A stretch of 61,539 bases of DNA, counting the filler, from Catajapyx aquilonaris (Eukaryota): NCBI GenBank assembly GCA_000934665.2. It is 2 parts of 2 records of this genome, joined end to end, with 100 filler letters (N's around TTAATTAATTAA, not from the genome) between each part and the next. Parts side by side here need not be neighbours in the genome. Positions count along the whole stretch, not along the records: positions 1 to 30,727 come from JYFJ02004619.1; 1 more part is not named here. The stretch is one strand, 5' to 3'. How positions within the stretch are numbered: position 1 is the first letter of the stretch; each line of letters opens with the position of its first letter. The notes under the pieces are model-generated. The model did not search any database. It was not told where the DNA came from and saw nothing but the letters and a program-made list of their open reading frames with translations. The position numbers and the translations under genes were made by a program. Shown here one piece after another: positions 10,838 through 22,804 of the stretch.

Positions 10838-13800
10838 TATTTATTATTATTACACCAGATTAGAGAAGTTAGAGAAGCAATATAGTCACGAAAGTCTGTT
10901 TGAACTGCAGGTTGCTGGAGTCACCAACCCTTGAAATCTACTTGAAAGGAGCATCGCAGCTCCATCTGTCTTGAAGCTACTTTTGGAGCTCGAATCAGCT
11001 TCTCTCCTTCTCTCTGAGCTTTTCCTTCTAGCCGTGAGATGGTGCGAGGGGGATTGGTCGTCGTAGGCCGCGTTGTATAATAGAAGAGGGCGTGGCCACA
11101 GGGTGAGCGCACCGGCACCTCGGCGCTTGCTCCTATCAGGAGGCAGGAACACGAGGCAGGAGGTGGACGCCTGGCGGCAGCAGCTGCGTCGCCCATCGGG
11201 CCCCCCTTTTTAACCAACACTCTCTCTAGTTGAACTCGATCCGGAAAAGTCCGGCTGGAAGAAGGCGGGGGACAGGGGCACAAAAATTCATCAAAAGGAG
11301 GTCGACACACACTCTTTGCTGTTTTTCAACCCGGCTTGTAAAACGGATAATATGGTCGTTTGTTATTACCGAGTGGCGTTAACGGTCGAAATAATGCGCT
11401 TATAGTTTATGTAAAGAACGAGCGGTCAGAAACCTCATTGTACAACAATGACATGCGGTTCCATTCAGAACAATAATGCAGTTATCCGGATAATAAGTAG
11501 ACCTTCTGACAGCAATAAAGCTGAATGAAGGTAACAATGAAAAGCTCTTGAGGCCATAGTGCTCGTGCAGAGTGTTCCTATATGTTTCAGAGACTTTTGG
11601 CACTAAGCTGCTTATTTAAGTCACTTTGTCCAATAGCAGCTAATATTAGCCTCTGTCGACGTTGGGAATATTAGTTTAGACCCCATTTTACATTTCTCAT
11701 TATTTATAGCGGCAGCATAATTATTATAATGCCTACAATATAATACACAATATATTAGCTAGAATAATGTTAGCTGTAACATTAGACTAATATAACATAA
11801 CAGCTATGATGCGATGTAATATCTATTATATTAGTCTAATGTGTTGTACAGAGTCTAACATTATCCTAGCTAATATATTATATGCCGTGAGTGAAATGAA
11901 TGAATGAATGATAAGTCTATAAATCGACGTATAATAATGGCTATATATATCAAAATAGCTACAACCTAATACGTTTATTCTGACAGACTTTCGGTTATAA
12001 CAGTCGAAAGGGCGGTCCGGCATACTTCTATCAAGAGCTAATGCTTCTATAAATACAGTATAATATAATTATATTATGTCTTGTGTATTCGGCTATAACA
12101 GACCTTGATAATAACAGATCGATTGCCACGATCAATTTGAAGTCTGTTATATCCGGATTCAACTGTAGCAGACATTATTATATTAACTGCAACGTAATAT
12201 CAATATATTAGCTGTACTATAACATTAGATACCCGGCAGTGTAACAATGTATTAGCTATGAACCTATAACTATAATGTAATTAATTATTATAGGCTACGT
12301 ACTGTATATTATAAGAGTGTAATGGCTGTAATAATATCTGTAATATATAATAAAACTTCTACAATAGTACATATTATTTTCTTCCAGGTATTACATAATC
12401 TGGTGACTGGTCAGGCTACAAAATAATAGAGGAAATATGAATTACCTGCTATATATATTAGCTAGAATACAACAATTATAATAGCTGTAATATAACACAT
12501 TAGATGTAGTGCAATATATAATAGAGAGCTATAATGTAGTATAATGTTATTATGAGTCGATGACGAATCAGTGCCCTCCCCTTGGGAGCGAAACAAGTGG
12601 CCCGTCAGGCGCCTATAATGTTCATAGAGGTGCGCAACATATGACGTCAGTCAGTCAGTGCGAGTATGAAGGCGCGTGACGTCAAAGGTAGTCTATCGTA
12701 ATAATAGGACGCTGTCCCTCAAAAGCGGGTGGGGAAAACGGAACGGAAGGGCGCAGTGCAAAAGGGCCCAACGGCACAGAGACGCCTTTCTCTGCAAGGT
12801 GGACATAAGTAGACAGGAGCTGAAAGTGGGTACTGTTCAGGTGCATGGCATGCCCTGTTCGTGCCGTCGCTTTCAGAACAGTTAAGCTGTTACCGAACAT
12901 GTTACGAGTAGCGGCTGGGAGTAGCGGCAATTGGGCAAACTTGACGCTGTTACGCGACTATGAACTTTTTCAGTGCAAGGCGAACATGACTTGGTCGTAC
13001 TCTCTGTACGGTACGCCCCGCATTCCGATGCCACCTCCTGCCTTATTTCGAAACCCTAACACTTAGATGCTCCGGAGGCCAGTCGCATCCTATTTGGTTG
13101 CGGGCAAGCCCACCCCTCCCCATCTAGCCAACCAATGCTCTATAAAAATATAGAGCGCTTCTTTTGCAATGACCTGGCTTTCCAACCTAGGAGTCACATG
13201 CAACACAGGTGGATATGCTGCTGCGATCATCAAAAAAAGTGCGTGGCCCGACGCGACGCGACGGTCGAGGCGACACACACACGCGGTGCCACACACACAT
13301 GTGAGTGTGTGGATCAGTGTGTGTTGCGGTGTCGGGTAGCGTTCCCGTAGTTTCCCGCAGGATTAGGGGAACATCACATGCAGGAAGTCTGCATATGCAT
13401 ATGTCGAGTATGTGGGACCGATCAGGCAACACTGGCTGGGGGATCCAAAATGGCGGACCACACACACACAGGACACAAAATGGCGTCCTGCTCTTTACTT
13501 ATACACGTAAGAGTAGGCTGACCTTCAATTTAATGTTATTTCTGGACAGAAAATTTCGGGACACAATATGGCTTTTGGCAACAATAGGGTCTGGACTTCG
13601 CAACAATTCGCTCTCCCCGGACTGATACGGGGGTCCGGAGGCCGCGCAGAGCAGGCCAATCGCGGCCGTTGTTTTGGACATAATTCAAGAATAGACGGCC
13701 ACGCCCATTACTACACCGGTACATAACGGCGCATGCGATAATTTTGTTAAATGTATGGGTCGACATTTGCATCGGCCACATTTTGTGTCCCGTATGACCA

Positions 13801-14237
13801 TCAGCACTCCAAGGAAATGCTTAAGGGCAGCCGGATTCAAAATGGCTTTCGAAGTATATCCATAGCCAGACCCATACTGATGTGGAATACAGCAGCTTCT
13901 GATTGGTCCGGAAATACCCCCGCCCAATAAAACAGCAACTATCCGCAGAGCTATAACAGTTATGTGGAACAGGCTGCTCCCACTATCAGCTAGAATTATT
14001 TGGCCGATTCCCATGTTATGTTATTTTATTATATCAGGATGCGTTATGATTGTTATATCAGTTTTTATAGCTTACACTAAATTTGTAATAATATTTATTG
14101 TTGTCACGACTAATTTGTAACTGTTATGATGTCGTTATTAGATTTTACCATGAAACCATTAATTTTTCCATATTTGCTATTATTGAATAACCCTGTTCGC
14201 CTGTTGACTACACTTGTGCTATTTATTCTGTTAAGTA

Positions 14238-14572
14238 TGGGTGGAATTTTCGTCCCTCTGCTAGTTACTGCTAACTTAGCAGTGCCATTGTTGCAGTTAG
14301 CAGTAACTAGCAGCGGAACGAAAATTCAACCCCATGTGATTATTTTATTAGTTGTATAATTATCGCATATCTGCGTTATTAATTTGTACAACTTCATTTC
14401 ATTGTGTGTATTTATTTCCCTTGCTGACATTTATATTTTCTTTTATATTCACTTTGGGTGCAATTTTAGTCCCACTGCTAGTTACTGCTAACTTAGTAGT
14501 AACCATCCGCAACACAGGTAGTACTGCTAATAAGTTAGCAGTAACTATAGCAGTGGGACGAAAAGTCAACCA
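14238..14572. mobile_element. Two copies of a ~100-bp hairpin MITE (14238-14334, 14455-14572)
   Basis: Each copy has inverted arms resembling GGGTG(G/C)AATTTT.GTCCC.CTGCTAGTTACTGCTAAC. Confidence 0.6.
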
Positions 14573-14659
14573 TTTTTTAAATTAAGTTGCTTTTCATTTT
14601 ATTATGTACTTTATATCTTATTCCTTTATTTTTAATTCAATTTAATTTATTTTACCCCA

Positions 14660-14922
14660 TTGGGAGAATCAGCGCTCCATTAGGGGGGTGGAATACCCCC
14701 ATTTTACTACTCAAATTCTTTCTGAAACTTTCATAGATGGATGGGGCCAAGGATAGAGAAGGAGGGAAGTGGCTGATGTGGCCTATTATACGGAAGCGAC
14801 CCCGGAATTATACTGGGAGGAGAAACCACAGAAAACCACGGTCAGGCCAGCCCCGGGAATCGAACCCAGGACCTCTCGATTAGCAGTCGGACTCCTTAAC
14901 TACTACACCAACCTTCTTCGGT
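14660..14922 (-). mobile_element. tRNA-derived SINE (subfamily related to the copies at 27500 and 38479)
   Basis: Minus-strand head has a B-box (GGTTCGATTCCC). The body shares GAAACCACAGAAAACCACGGTCAGG with the other copies. Confidence 0.75.
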
Positions 14923-16659
14923 TCTTATTCCGTTATTTAATTCCATGGTTTATTATTAATTCCTGTTAAACCATATACAGAATTTGCTATAGCCGTGACT
15001 CTATCCCCTTACACACGTTGACTCATCACCTAGGTGCATGTAGTTATAGTTATAATGTCCCCGTTCAATAACGACAGGAAACAGCTAGGTTCACTTTATA
15101 GCTGTCAGAGAGGATCGGGCACATTCAACGGAAGCCCAGGTGGGCTTTGCCCGCGCTGACTCATCACCAACGTGCATGTACTTTAAGCGAAAGAACTATC
15201 TGACTTCACACCAACCGTATTTTCTGAGCATGCGCAGTAATAGTATCCTTGCAGAGCGATTCGGGGGTCCACATTATATTGGGAAAGACCCGGGTGGAAG
15301 CGGAGCTGAACGTGACATATTATCAGACCATTCTTTCGCTAAAAGTTCCAGTCGGGAGCGGAGGTGAAGACTTTGCGCCAACTGCTGGTAGTGGCATATC
15401 GTCAGGCCCGTGCAACTCCCAGCCTAGCCTTATGTATGGTGACGGTAGTGTAGACCTACTTAGAGTAGTAGAGTCTCTGCCACCCAGGCATTGGCTCTGG
15501 CGGCACTCCAGCCGGTCCCCAGGCGCACTCGGGCGGACGCCTTGTCGTCTTCTGAACCGTTCTTGAACAAATCCAAACCAAACCACTGGAAAATCCTCCT
15601 GGATGGGTAGGAAACAGGTAGGAAACGTACATGCACAGAAATCGAGGCATTCTCCTTTTTTTATTATTACACGCTTAATGCAAGTATTCACTGCCACGGA
15701 TGTGTGTGAGTACGCGTGTATCGAGTTCGCTATTCCCACACCATCTAGCGGTAGGTATTCACGTTAGGGGTGACTTCGCAACTTCCACGCCAGATAACGG
15801 TAGTAGTCACGTGAGTGGGTGAGTTCGCAACCTCCACGCCCGACGGCTGAATAGATCTCTCAGAATCGAGTTCGCTACCCCATAAAGCGTGTTCTTAAAA
15901 ATGTGTTTCTTTAAATTAGAGAATTATATGCCCTCAGCCCTCACCCGAAGATTAGCCCGCCACGGCCCGCCAGCCCGAGTGCGCATGGGGCAGCCCACGG
16001 ACACTACCCCTACAGTCTTATCTTATCGCCTGCCGGGGCGTTTTGCATGGGGTGCTCACCCAGTCACCTGAGAGCTCCATAAGACCTTTCACTGCTGGAT
16101 TATGTGGCGACCCTACCGGACTACGCTGAACTTCATAGGTACAAAAAGGTCAGCGCTACATTGGGGGGCCCAGCCCTATGACACTCCTCGAATACGGTAA
16201 TGTAATAACTGTGTCCCATCGTTCGCCAAGACGCCATCTTGTTCAAGGTGCAACTCCTGTGGTAGGTAGCGGGTAGTCTGCTCGATCTTCCTTTCCTTCC
16301 GCAGACTTACCACTAGAGTGTACCTTGAAAAAGATGGCGGATAGCGAACAATGTAGCGCCGCCAGCGCCAAATTCCCAGCCTGGCGGAGACACAGGCATT
16401 AAACTACCGTATCCGTACAACTAGGGGGGAAGTGACATGGAGCTGGGGGGACCCAACATGGTCGCCGGCGGCCACGTTGGGCCCGCATGTAGCGGCTTCT
16501 CTTCTACCTAAGTTCAGCGTAGTCCGGTAGGGTCGCCACATAATCCAGCCGTGACGAAAAGCTGTCTCATGGCGCTCTGAAGTGCAAAACGCCCCGGCAG
16601 GTGATAATTGGGAGTGACCAGACCTGAGTATTCTAAGTAATCTAAGATCATGACCTGGG

Positions 16660-17316
16660 CAGGGAGCATATACTACATAAGAGGCGCAAACATTCGATTT
16701 TCGTGTCTCTCTGTTTGGGGCGTTGCCAAGGCTGGCGGCCACTTTGAAGCGTGAGTAACTCTACGCCAACGAGGTATAAATAGGGTACAGGTAAAAATAG
16801 GGTCCGCCATCTTTGATTCGCGCGTGTTCTTGCCTTTCTTGCCGTGTAGTTGCCATGGCCGCCACCAACGAGATATAAATAGTATAAAGGCCGTAAAGGT
16901 CGGACATCTTTGAAGCAATTGGCGGCCATGACATTTCACGGAATAACACGCGTGAGCTGGTAAACTCATGGCTAGTTTTCCCTCTGGCCGCATGGCGCTA
17001 CTGTCTACTTCTGTATACCACCAATGCTCTTTTGCCGTGAAGTGGCATGGCCGCCAATTGCATCAAAGTGGTGGCGCCACTTTCCACGTGGTTGGAAAGC
17101 TTTTCGGCCTCTACCCTATTTATACCTCGTTGGCCCCCACAACCATCAAAGATGGCGGACCCTATTTTTGCCTGTAGGCCTACCCTATTTATACCTCGTT
17201 GGCGTTGCCCACACTTCAAAATGGCCGCTAGCCTTGGGAACGGCCCCAAACAGAGAGACGCGAACATCAAAGGCGCCGACAGAAGTTTGCGCCTCTTATG
17301 TAGTATATGCTCCCTG
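16660..17316. mobile_element. Non-autonomous TIR element with long internally repetitive inverted arms
   Basis: CAGGGAGCATATACTACATAAGAGGCGCAAAC at the left and its near-perfect reverse complement at the right. Internal CCAACGAGGTATAAATAGGGT subrepeats. A fragment of the same family lies at ~34183-34270. Confidence 0.7.
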
Positions 17317-17705
17317 GCCAGGGCCCGTATACTGGCCGAGGCTGTCTCGAGTTCGCGGTGCAGGTACAGCGGTGCCTCCACTTATGCGTGAAGCCTCTCT
17401 CGAAGGGGAAATCAGCTTAGGAATCTGCCGACAGAGCGCGCGACGATCGACATTAGGCCGACCTCAAAAAAAAGTGAATAGGCTCTCTTCTATTCTCTAA
17501 TCTTTGAGACCACAGACGCTTGACCAGGCCTGGAACCATAGACTGAAAGTAGAAAAGTGAACATATTTACTAACGCCTGGGCCTCAGCCTGTTCCTAATG
17601 TCGACGCAAGTGCGCTCTGGCGGAGAAAATTTGAACCCGCTTTTGCCTTGCTGACGGGCATCACAAACAAACCCCGAGAGGAGCCACCGAATTACATCCA
17701 CCTTG

Positions 17706-17838
17706 CTCGAGTTGAACTCGAGGATGCGACTCTGCGTGACGTCAAAATGACGTATGCAGACCAATCCGGGGCAGGGGAGGCACCCAGCCTACGTCATTTT
17801 GACGTCACGCAGAATCGCATCCTAGAGTTCAACTCGAG
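17706..17838. repeat. Inverted-repeat hairpin (MITE-like) containing two TGACGTCA palindromes
   Basis: CTCGAGTTGAACTC.AGGATGCGA.TCTGCGTGACGTCAAAATGACGT followed by its reverse complement. Confidence 0.65.
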
Positions 17839-18435
17839 ACGTCGGGGTCCAGTATACAGGTCTTGGGGACAATCTCGAGCGACGCCAGCGCCAATTCCTG
17901 TGTGGCGGAGTCTCTCTAAGTGCCCTACCGTAACAGAAGAGATGCGGGGGACTGACACGGACATATAAACAGATGGAGAGAATAATGGAATTAGGAGTAT
18001 GATGTGAAGCACTGTGTATTGCTATTGTCATTACTGGTGTCTCCACCTTATAGTGGTGGTGGGGTTTGCGTTTCTCCCGTGACCCCAAGAGCTATGCCGG
18101 CGGTAGCTTCGTCTACTGGTAGGGCCTCCCAAGCCGGACAGGTCTTTGGGATAGGAGACAGACTAAGAGAGATACCAGTCTTTCCTCTCTTCTTTTTCCT
18201 CTTCGTTTCTCTCTCCATCTGTCCCACCTTTGCTTCTTCTTACAGCCAGATAGCCACAGTTGCTTTGGCTTCTTCCTAATAAACCAAACCAAACTAACTC
18301 CAGGCTACACCAAAGGCGGTGCTTTTTCGTCTCCCAACCAGCTACTACCCCAAATAGCAGCTGCGCTCCATCCAACCCTTCCTACCCTCCCCCCTTCCCC
18401 CTCTCTCCTCCCTTTCCCCCCTTTCTTCCTCTCCC

Positions 18436-18442
18436 ATCAGTT
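18436..18442 (+). promoter_or_regulatory. Candidate initiator (ATCAGTT) of the Musashi/Rbp6 gene
   Basis: Arthropod Inr consensus TCAGTY after a pyrimidine-rich tract, ~470 nt upstream of the ATG. Confidence 0.4.
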
Positions 18443-18908
18443 CAGTGCAGTGTTTAGATCGCCACCGGTCGGGTCGGCATCCCGACTCCCCCCCCTTTTT
18501 TCAAACCCCCCCTCTAAAAAAAAAGGAAACAAAACACGTCCCCCCACCACTCTCAAACACAACACACATTTTAGTGAACTATTTTTTAAATTATTTCACA
18601 CGTGTTTTACCCCTCCCTCCCACCCCCCCACCGCCCGGGAATCCTTCGTCAATGCGGTAAACAAGTGGGGGCGACAAAAATTTTAACGCGGAATATCGTC
18701 CAAAAGTGTTTGTTATTATTATTTTTGGGAACAAATTTTTATTATTTCTGGTGACAACAAACTTCCGGACAACCATAACGGGGGAGGAGGGGGGGGATCG
18801 CCAATTTATTTTGTGTTAATTGTCGGGGGGGAAAAAACAAATAATTAAAAAGAAGAGGAAAGCGCACAAAAGTGTTGGTAACCCTGCCGGCTGTCTGTTG
18901 GGCGCGAT

Positions 18909-18970
18909 ATGGAAGCACCGCAGCAGGACAGCTCGGCCGCCAATGCCGCTGAGGTGCCCAATGACCCCGG
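18909..18970 (+). CDS. Rbp6: Musashi-family RRM protein (Rbp6/MSI2-like), coding exon 1
   Basis: ATG...MEAPQQDSSAANAAEVPNDP-GG|GTAAGC. The phase-2 donor joins exon 2 to give NDPGKMFIGGLSWQTSP. Confidence 0.85.
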
Positions 18971-19539
18971 GTAAGCACTGACCACTGACCTCAACACCAG
19001 TTTACAAACTCTAGCAACCAAGCAGCAACCAGCATTGTTGTGTTGGCTCCCCTGCTCATTTTGCAACCGCAATTGGCAACCATGCAAATGGCAACCCCGC
19101 TTTTTTTAAAAAAATTAAAATTAAATTAAAAAATGGCCCAATTTGCAAGACAATTTTTTTTAAAAAAAACGCTAAATTAAAAGGGACGCTAAAATTTAAT
19201 TTGGGCGGAAAAATTGGCGGCCCTTTGTTTCCATTGCACGTGACGCTGGGCCTAGATTTTGTTCTGGAATTTTCTGGAGGGCGGCTGGGTCCGGTTGTTG
19301 GTTCGTTTCGACGCGGGTTTTTAGGGTTGGCGGTGCCGGATTCGTGGGTAATTTTTAAGGGTGTGGGTCAGGAAGGGTTGTGGGTCAGATTTGGGTTGGA
19401 ATCTGGGGGTACCGGGTGTGTTTGGAAAAAAAATATTTTTGGTGGGTTTCAAAATGTGTTCGAAATTCTGTTGGGGGGGAGGGTTTGCAGAATTTGTGAG
19501 TATAATAAGTTAAAATAGAATTAAATTAAACTGTGGTTA

Positions 19540-20640
19540 GTACGAGCTAACCACATCATAACAAAAAAAAAAATTACATTGCGGTTAGCTCAGCGTTACG
19601 CATACCGCAATGCTGGAATATTAAACTACGGTTAACTTGAGCCGTAGGAGCCGCTAAACCACACCGTAACAGCAAAGTGCGGTTGCGTGTTACGCACTCA
19701 CTGTACTGTAATGCCGGAAAATTCAACTAAGGTTAATTCCTAATGGACTAGATAACAAAAGTAAATCTCTGGTTATCTCCGGAGTGTTACGCACTTACTG
19801 TGCTGCAATGCCGGAAAATTAAACTAAGGTTAACTCCTAATGAGCTGTAGGCAGTAACCGGACCATAACGACAAAGTGCGGTTAGCTCCTGTTACGCACT
19901 CACTATACTGTAATGCCGGAAAATTCAACTAAGGTTAATTCCTAATGGACTAGATAACAAAAGTAAATCTCTGGTTATCTCCGGAGTGTTACGCACTTAC
20001 TGTGCTGCAATGCCGGAAAATTAAACTAAGGTTAACTCCTAATGAGCTGTAGGTAGTAACCGGACCATAACGACAAAGTGCGGTTAGCTCCTGTTACGCA
20101 CTTACTGAACTGTAATGCCGGAAAATTAAACTAAGGTTAATTCCTAATTGACTAGATAACAAAAGTAAATCTCTGGTTATCTCCTGAGTGTTACGCACTT
20201 ACTGGGCTGCAATGCCGGGAAATTAAACTAAGGTTAACTCCGAGCTAACTGCACCGTCACGACAACATTGTACAGCATTGCCGGAAAATGAAACTCTGGT
20301 TAACTCCTAATGAGCTGTAGGCAGTAACCGGACCGTAACGACAAAGTGTGGTTAGCTCCTGTTAGTTACGCACTTACTGAACTGTAATGCCGGAAAATTA
20401 AACTAAGGTTAATTCCTAATGAGCCGTAGAAGCTAAAAAAGTTACACTGCGGTTATCTCTTGAGTGTTACGCACTTAAACTACGGTTAACTCACTCGTCA
20501 TGTCCGTTCTGACCAAGTCCGTTGTACGCTCAGCTGCAGAGTGATTTACCCCTTGGGTTAACTCCTAATGAGCTGTAGGAGCTAACCACACTGTAACGAC
20601 AAAGTATGGTTAGCTCCTGTGCGTTACGTACTAACTGTAC
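19540..20640. repeat. Tandem satellite-like array, 202-bp higher-order unit made of two ~100-bp related halves
   Basis: (G/T)GACTAGATAACAAAAGT recurs at 19745, 19947 and 20149. TTACGCACT...AATGCCGGAAAATT recurs about every 100 bp. Confidence 0.85.
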
Positions 20641-22763
20641 CATAATTCAGTTGCACGTGTTAGTTGAATCTTACATGAATATCTGGCCGCAGTTTGTAGC
20701 GTGAAAAGTTGGGGTTACGAGAGCCCTGTTCAGAAGTTTGAGTATGGAAGCGAATTTCACGTGTCTGCCTTGCAATTAGCAGGGTGTGGGTTCGTAGGCT
20801 CGTCGGAAGTGTAAAACTGAAACTAAAAACTATCCCGAACGCACTATGCATTTGTATGAAGATATTTGTGATAAGATGACCAGGCCTGTAGAGGGAGTTT
20901 GGCCGTTTCCGGTGGTCATTGATTAAAATCGTACGGCAGTAACGGCTGAACCTTTGCTCTGAAAGAACACTTGCAAAAATTAGGTTGCAGATGCTTGGAA
21001 ATGCTTTTAATTTAAGTTTTGAATAGCGGCAGGTGAAAATAGCGTAGTAGCTCGTAGGTGGATTGGCTTTATTCGTTAGTCTTTAATTTGACAAACGCTT
21101 GGTCGCAGAATGTGCAATAATTGTAGCGTGAAAAATATAGGTGCAAAATTACTGAGCAGAGAGGATGCTTGTGGCCGTAACATAATGGGTTCAAAAATTC
21201 AGAGAAATATGTTGGTAACCGAGTTGCTCGATGGCACAATTTTTGTTGTAATGCTGAACATGTTTACATTTTGCTGAAATTCACTGAAAATCATGCAAGA
21301 TTCTGCAAAGTGTCCGCTGCATAAAGGATTTGTTATTGGCTGGTACACATCGCAGTAAAATATAAAACAAAATCCCTTCCCACAATACACTGTATGTGTA
21401 TTATAATGAGTTAAAAGTTGCTCAGAATTAGCAGAAACAAGTTACATTGAACTAGGTAATGCCAGTATGACTTATGTAAAAACATTAGCCGAAAATTAAT
21501 GTACTTTTACTCTCAGCCATTTGCCTAATTTTAACGGGTGTTATGTTTGTTTGAAAATTACTGTATGTTTGCATACACATGTTTGCATACATTTTAATAG
21601 TAATGTTTGTTACATGTGGTACCTATAGTGTTTGATTATTCATGTTTTAAAATTACATATCTGGTTGCACTTTTATGGTTGTGCAGGTCTAGGGTAATAT
21701 TGTTGACTCAATAATTGAATTTAAAATTCAGGATTGTTGCAGTGCGGGTCATAACTCACAAGTATGGGCATGCGGTATGTTTGCGCATGTATGAGTGGGT
21801 AACTATACAGTTGGGCCACTCGTGTACTTTTTCTTGTGTAATCACACGTACCTGCAAGCGTTACCGACAAGTAATTATAATCAGAAGTACTCCTGCAGGT
21901 TGGCTGCGTACACTGTAAATGCAACTGCATGCACATTAGAGTGTGTGTAATAATTTTTCTGTCAAGAGTATGCTAAACATGTGCAATATTCTGTCTGTAA
22001 ATTTGATAGTAATTGGTTAAATTGGTCCATAAGCATTTAGCAATAGAGTAGAAAATGGGATCAAATTTGCATGGACTTGCACACATCTTGCAAAAAATTA
22101 AGGTCATGTTGTAGTAATACAGTGACATGAGTTCATTTCACTATCATAAATCCTGTTATGTAACTCGCCTTGTTTTTGTCAGCCGTGCATCCTTGTACTG
22201 TACATTTTTTTTTTCTCCATGTGTTTACATCGTACCGTTACATTATGCATTTGCAGGTGGATTTTTTAAAATTATCTGTAAGTTTGAATTGTTTGATTGT
22301 GTAATAGATATCGCGTCTCTGGTGTTATTGCCCCACGTTACGATAACTTCTACACAGGCTTAGCCTCGAAATTCAACTAATTGTTGTTCATTGCGGGAAC
22401 CTGCCCCATTTCCTGTATGTCATGCGCATTGCATTAATATTTGAGCCAAACCATGCGTGGCCGTATAATAGTGTTATGTTGAGAGTAATAGTGCGCATAG
22501 TTGAGCATGCAATATTGAAATGCTGCGGATGGATTTTGTTATGGGATTCTCCCGATATTCGGCATGCCCGGTGCCGTGTCACAGCAGCTAATTTTTGACC
22601 GATCGGTAAACCTGTTCAAATGTTAGTGGCTGATTGGCATTCTCGTGCGATAAGGGACTGGTATGAGGAAATGTAAGCAGCGATAAAGCCGCTGCATTGT
22701 TTGCTTTACAAACGGTTGCTGTTCATTATCCTTGTGACTTATTCTGACTTTTTTTAATTGCAG

Positions 22764-22804
22764 AAAAATGTTCATCGGCGGCTTGAGTTGGCAGACGAGT
22801 CCAG
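22764..22804 (+). CDS. Rbp6: Musashi-family RRM protein (Rbp6/MSI2-like), 41-nt coding exon 2 (RNP2 of RRM1)
   Basis: TTGCAG|A AAA ATG TTC ATC GGC GGC TTG AGT TGG CAG ACG AGT CCA G|GTGAGT = (G)KMFIGGLSWQTSP, the Musashi RRM1 signature. Confidence 0.9.

Noticed and set aside
10886..13700. GC-rich patches with several 60-130-aa ORFs
   Set aside because: No recognisable domains or consistent splice sites. Probably repeat fragments or regulatory DNA.
19540..20640. Regular repeats resembling a CRISPR array
   Set aside because: Eukaryotic context, the spacers are themselves repeated, and there are no cas genes.
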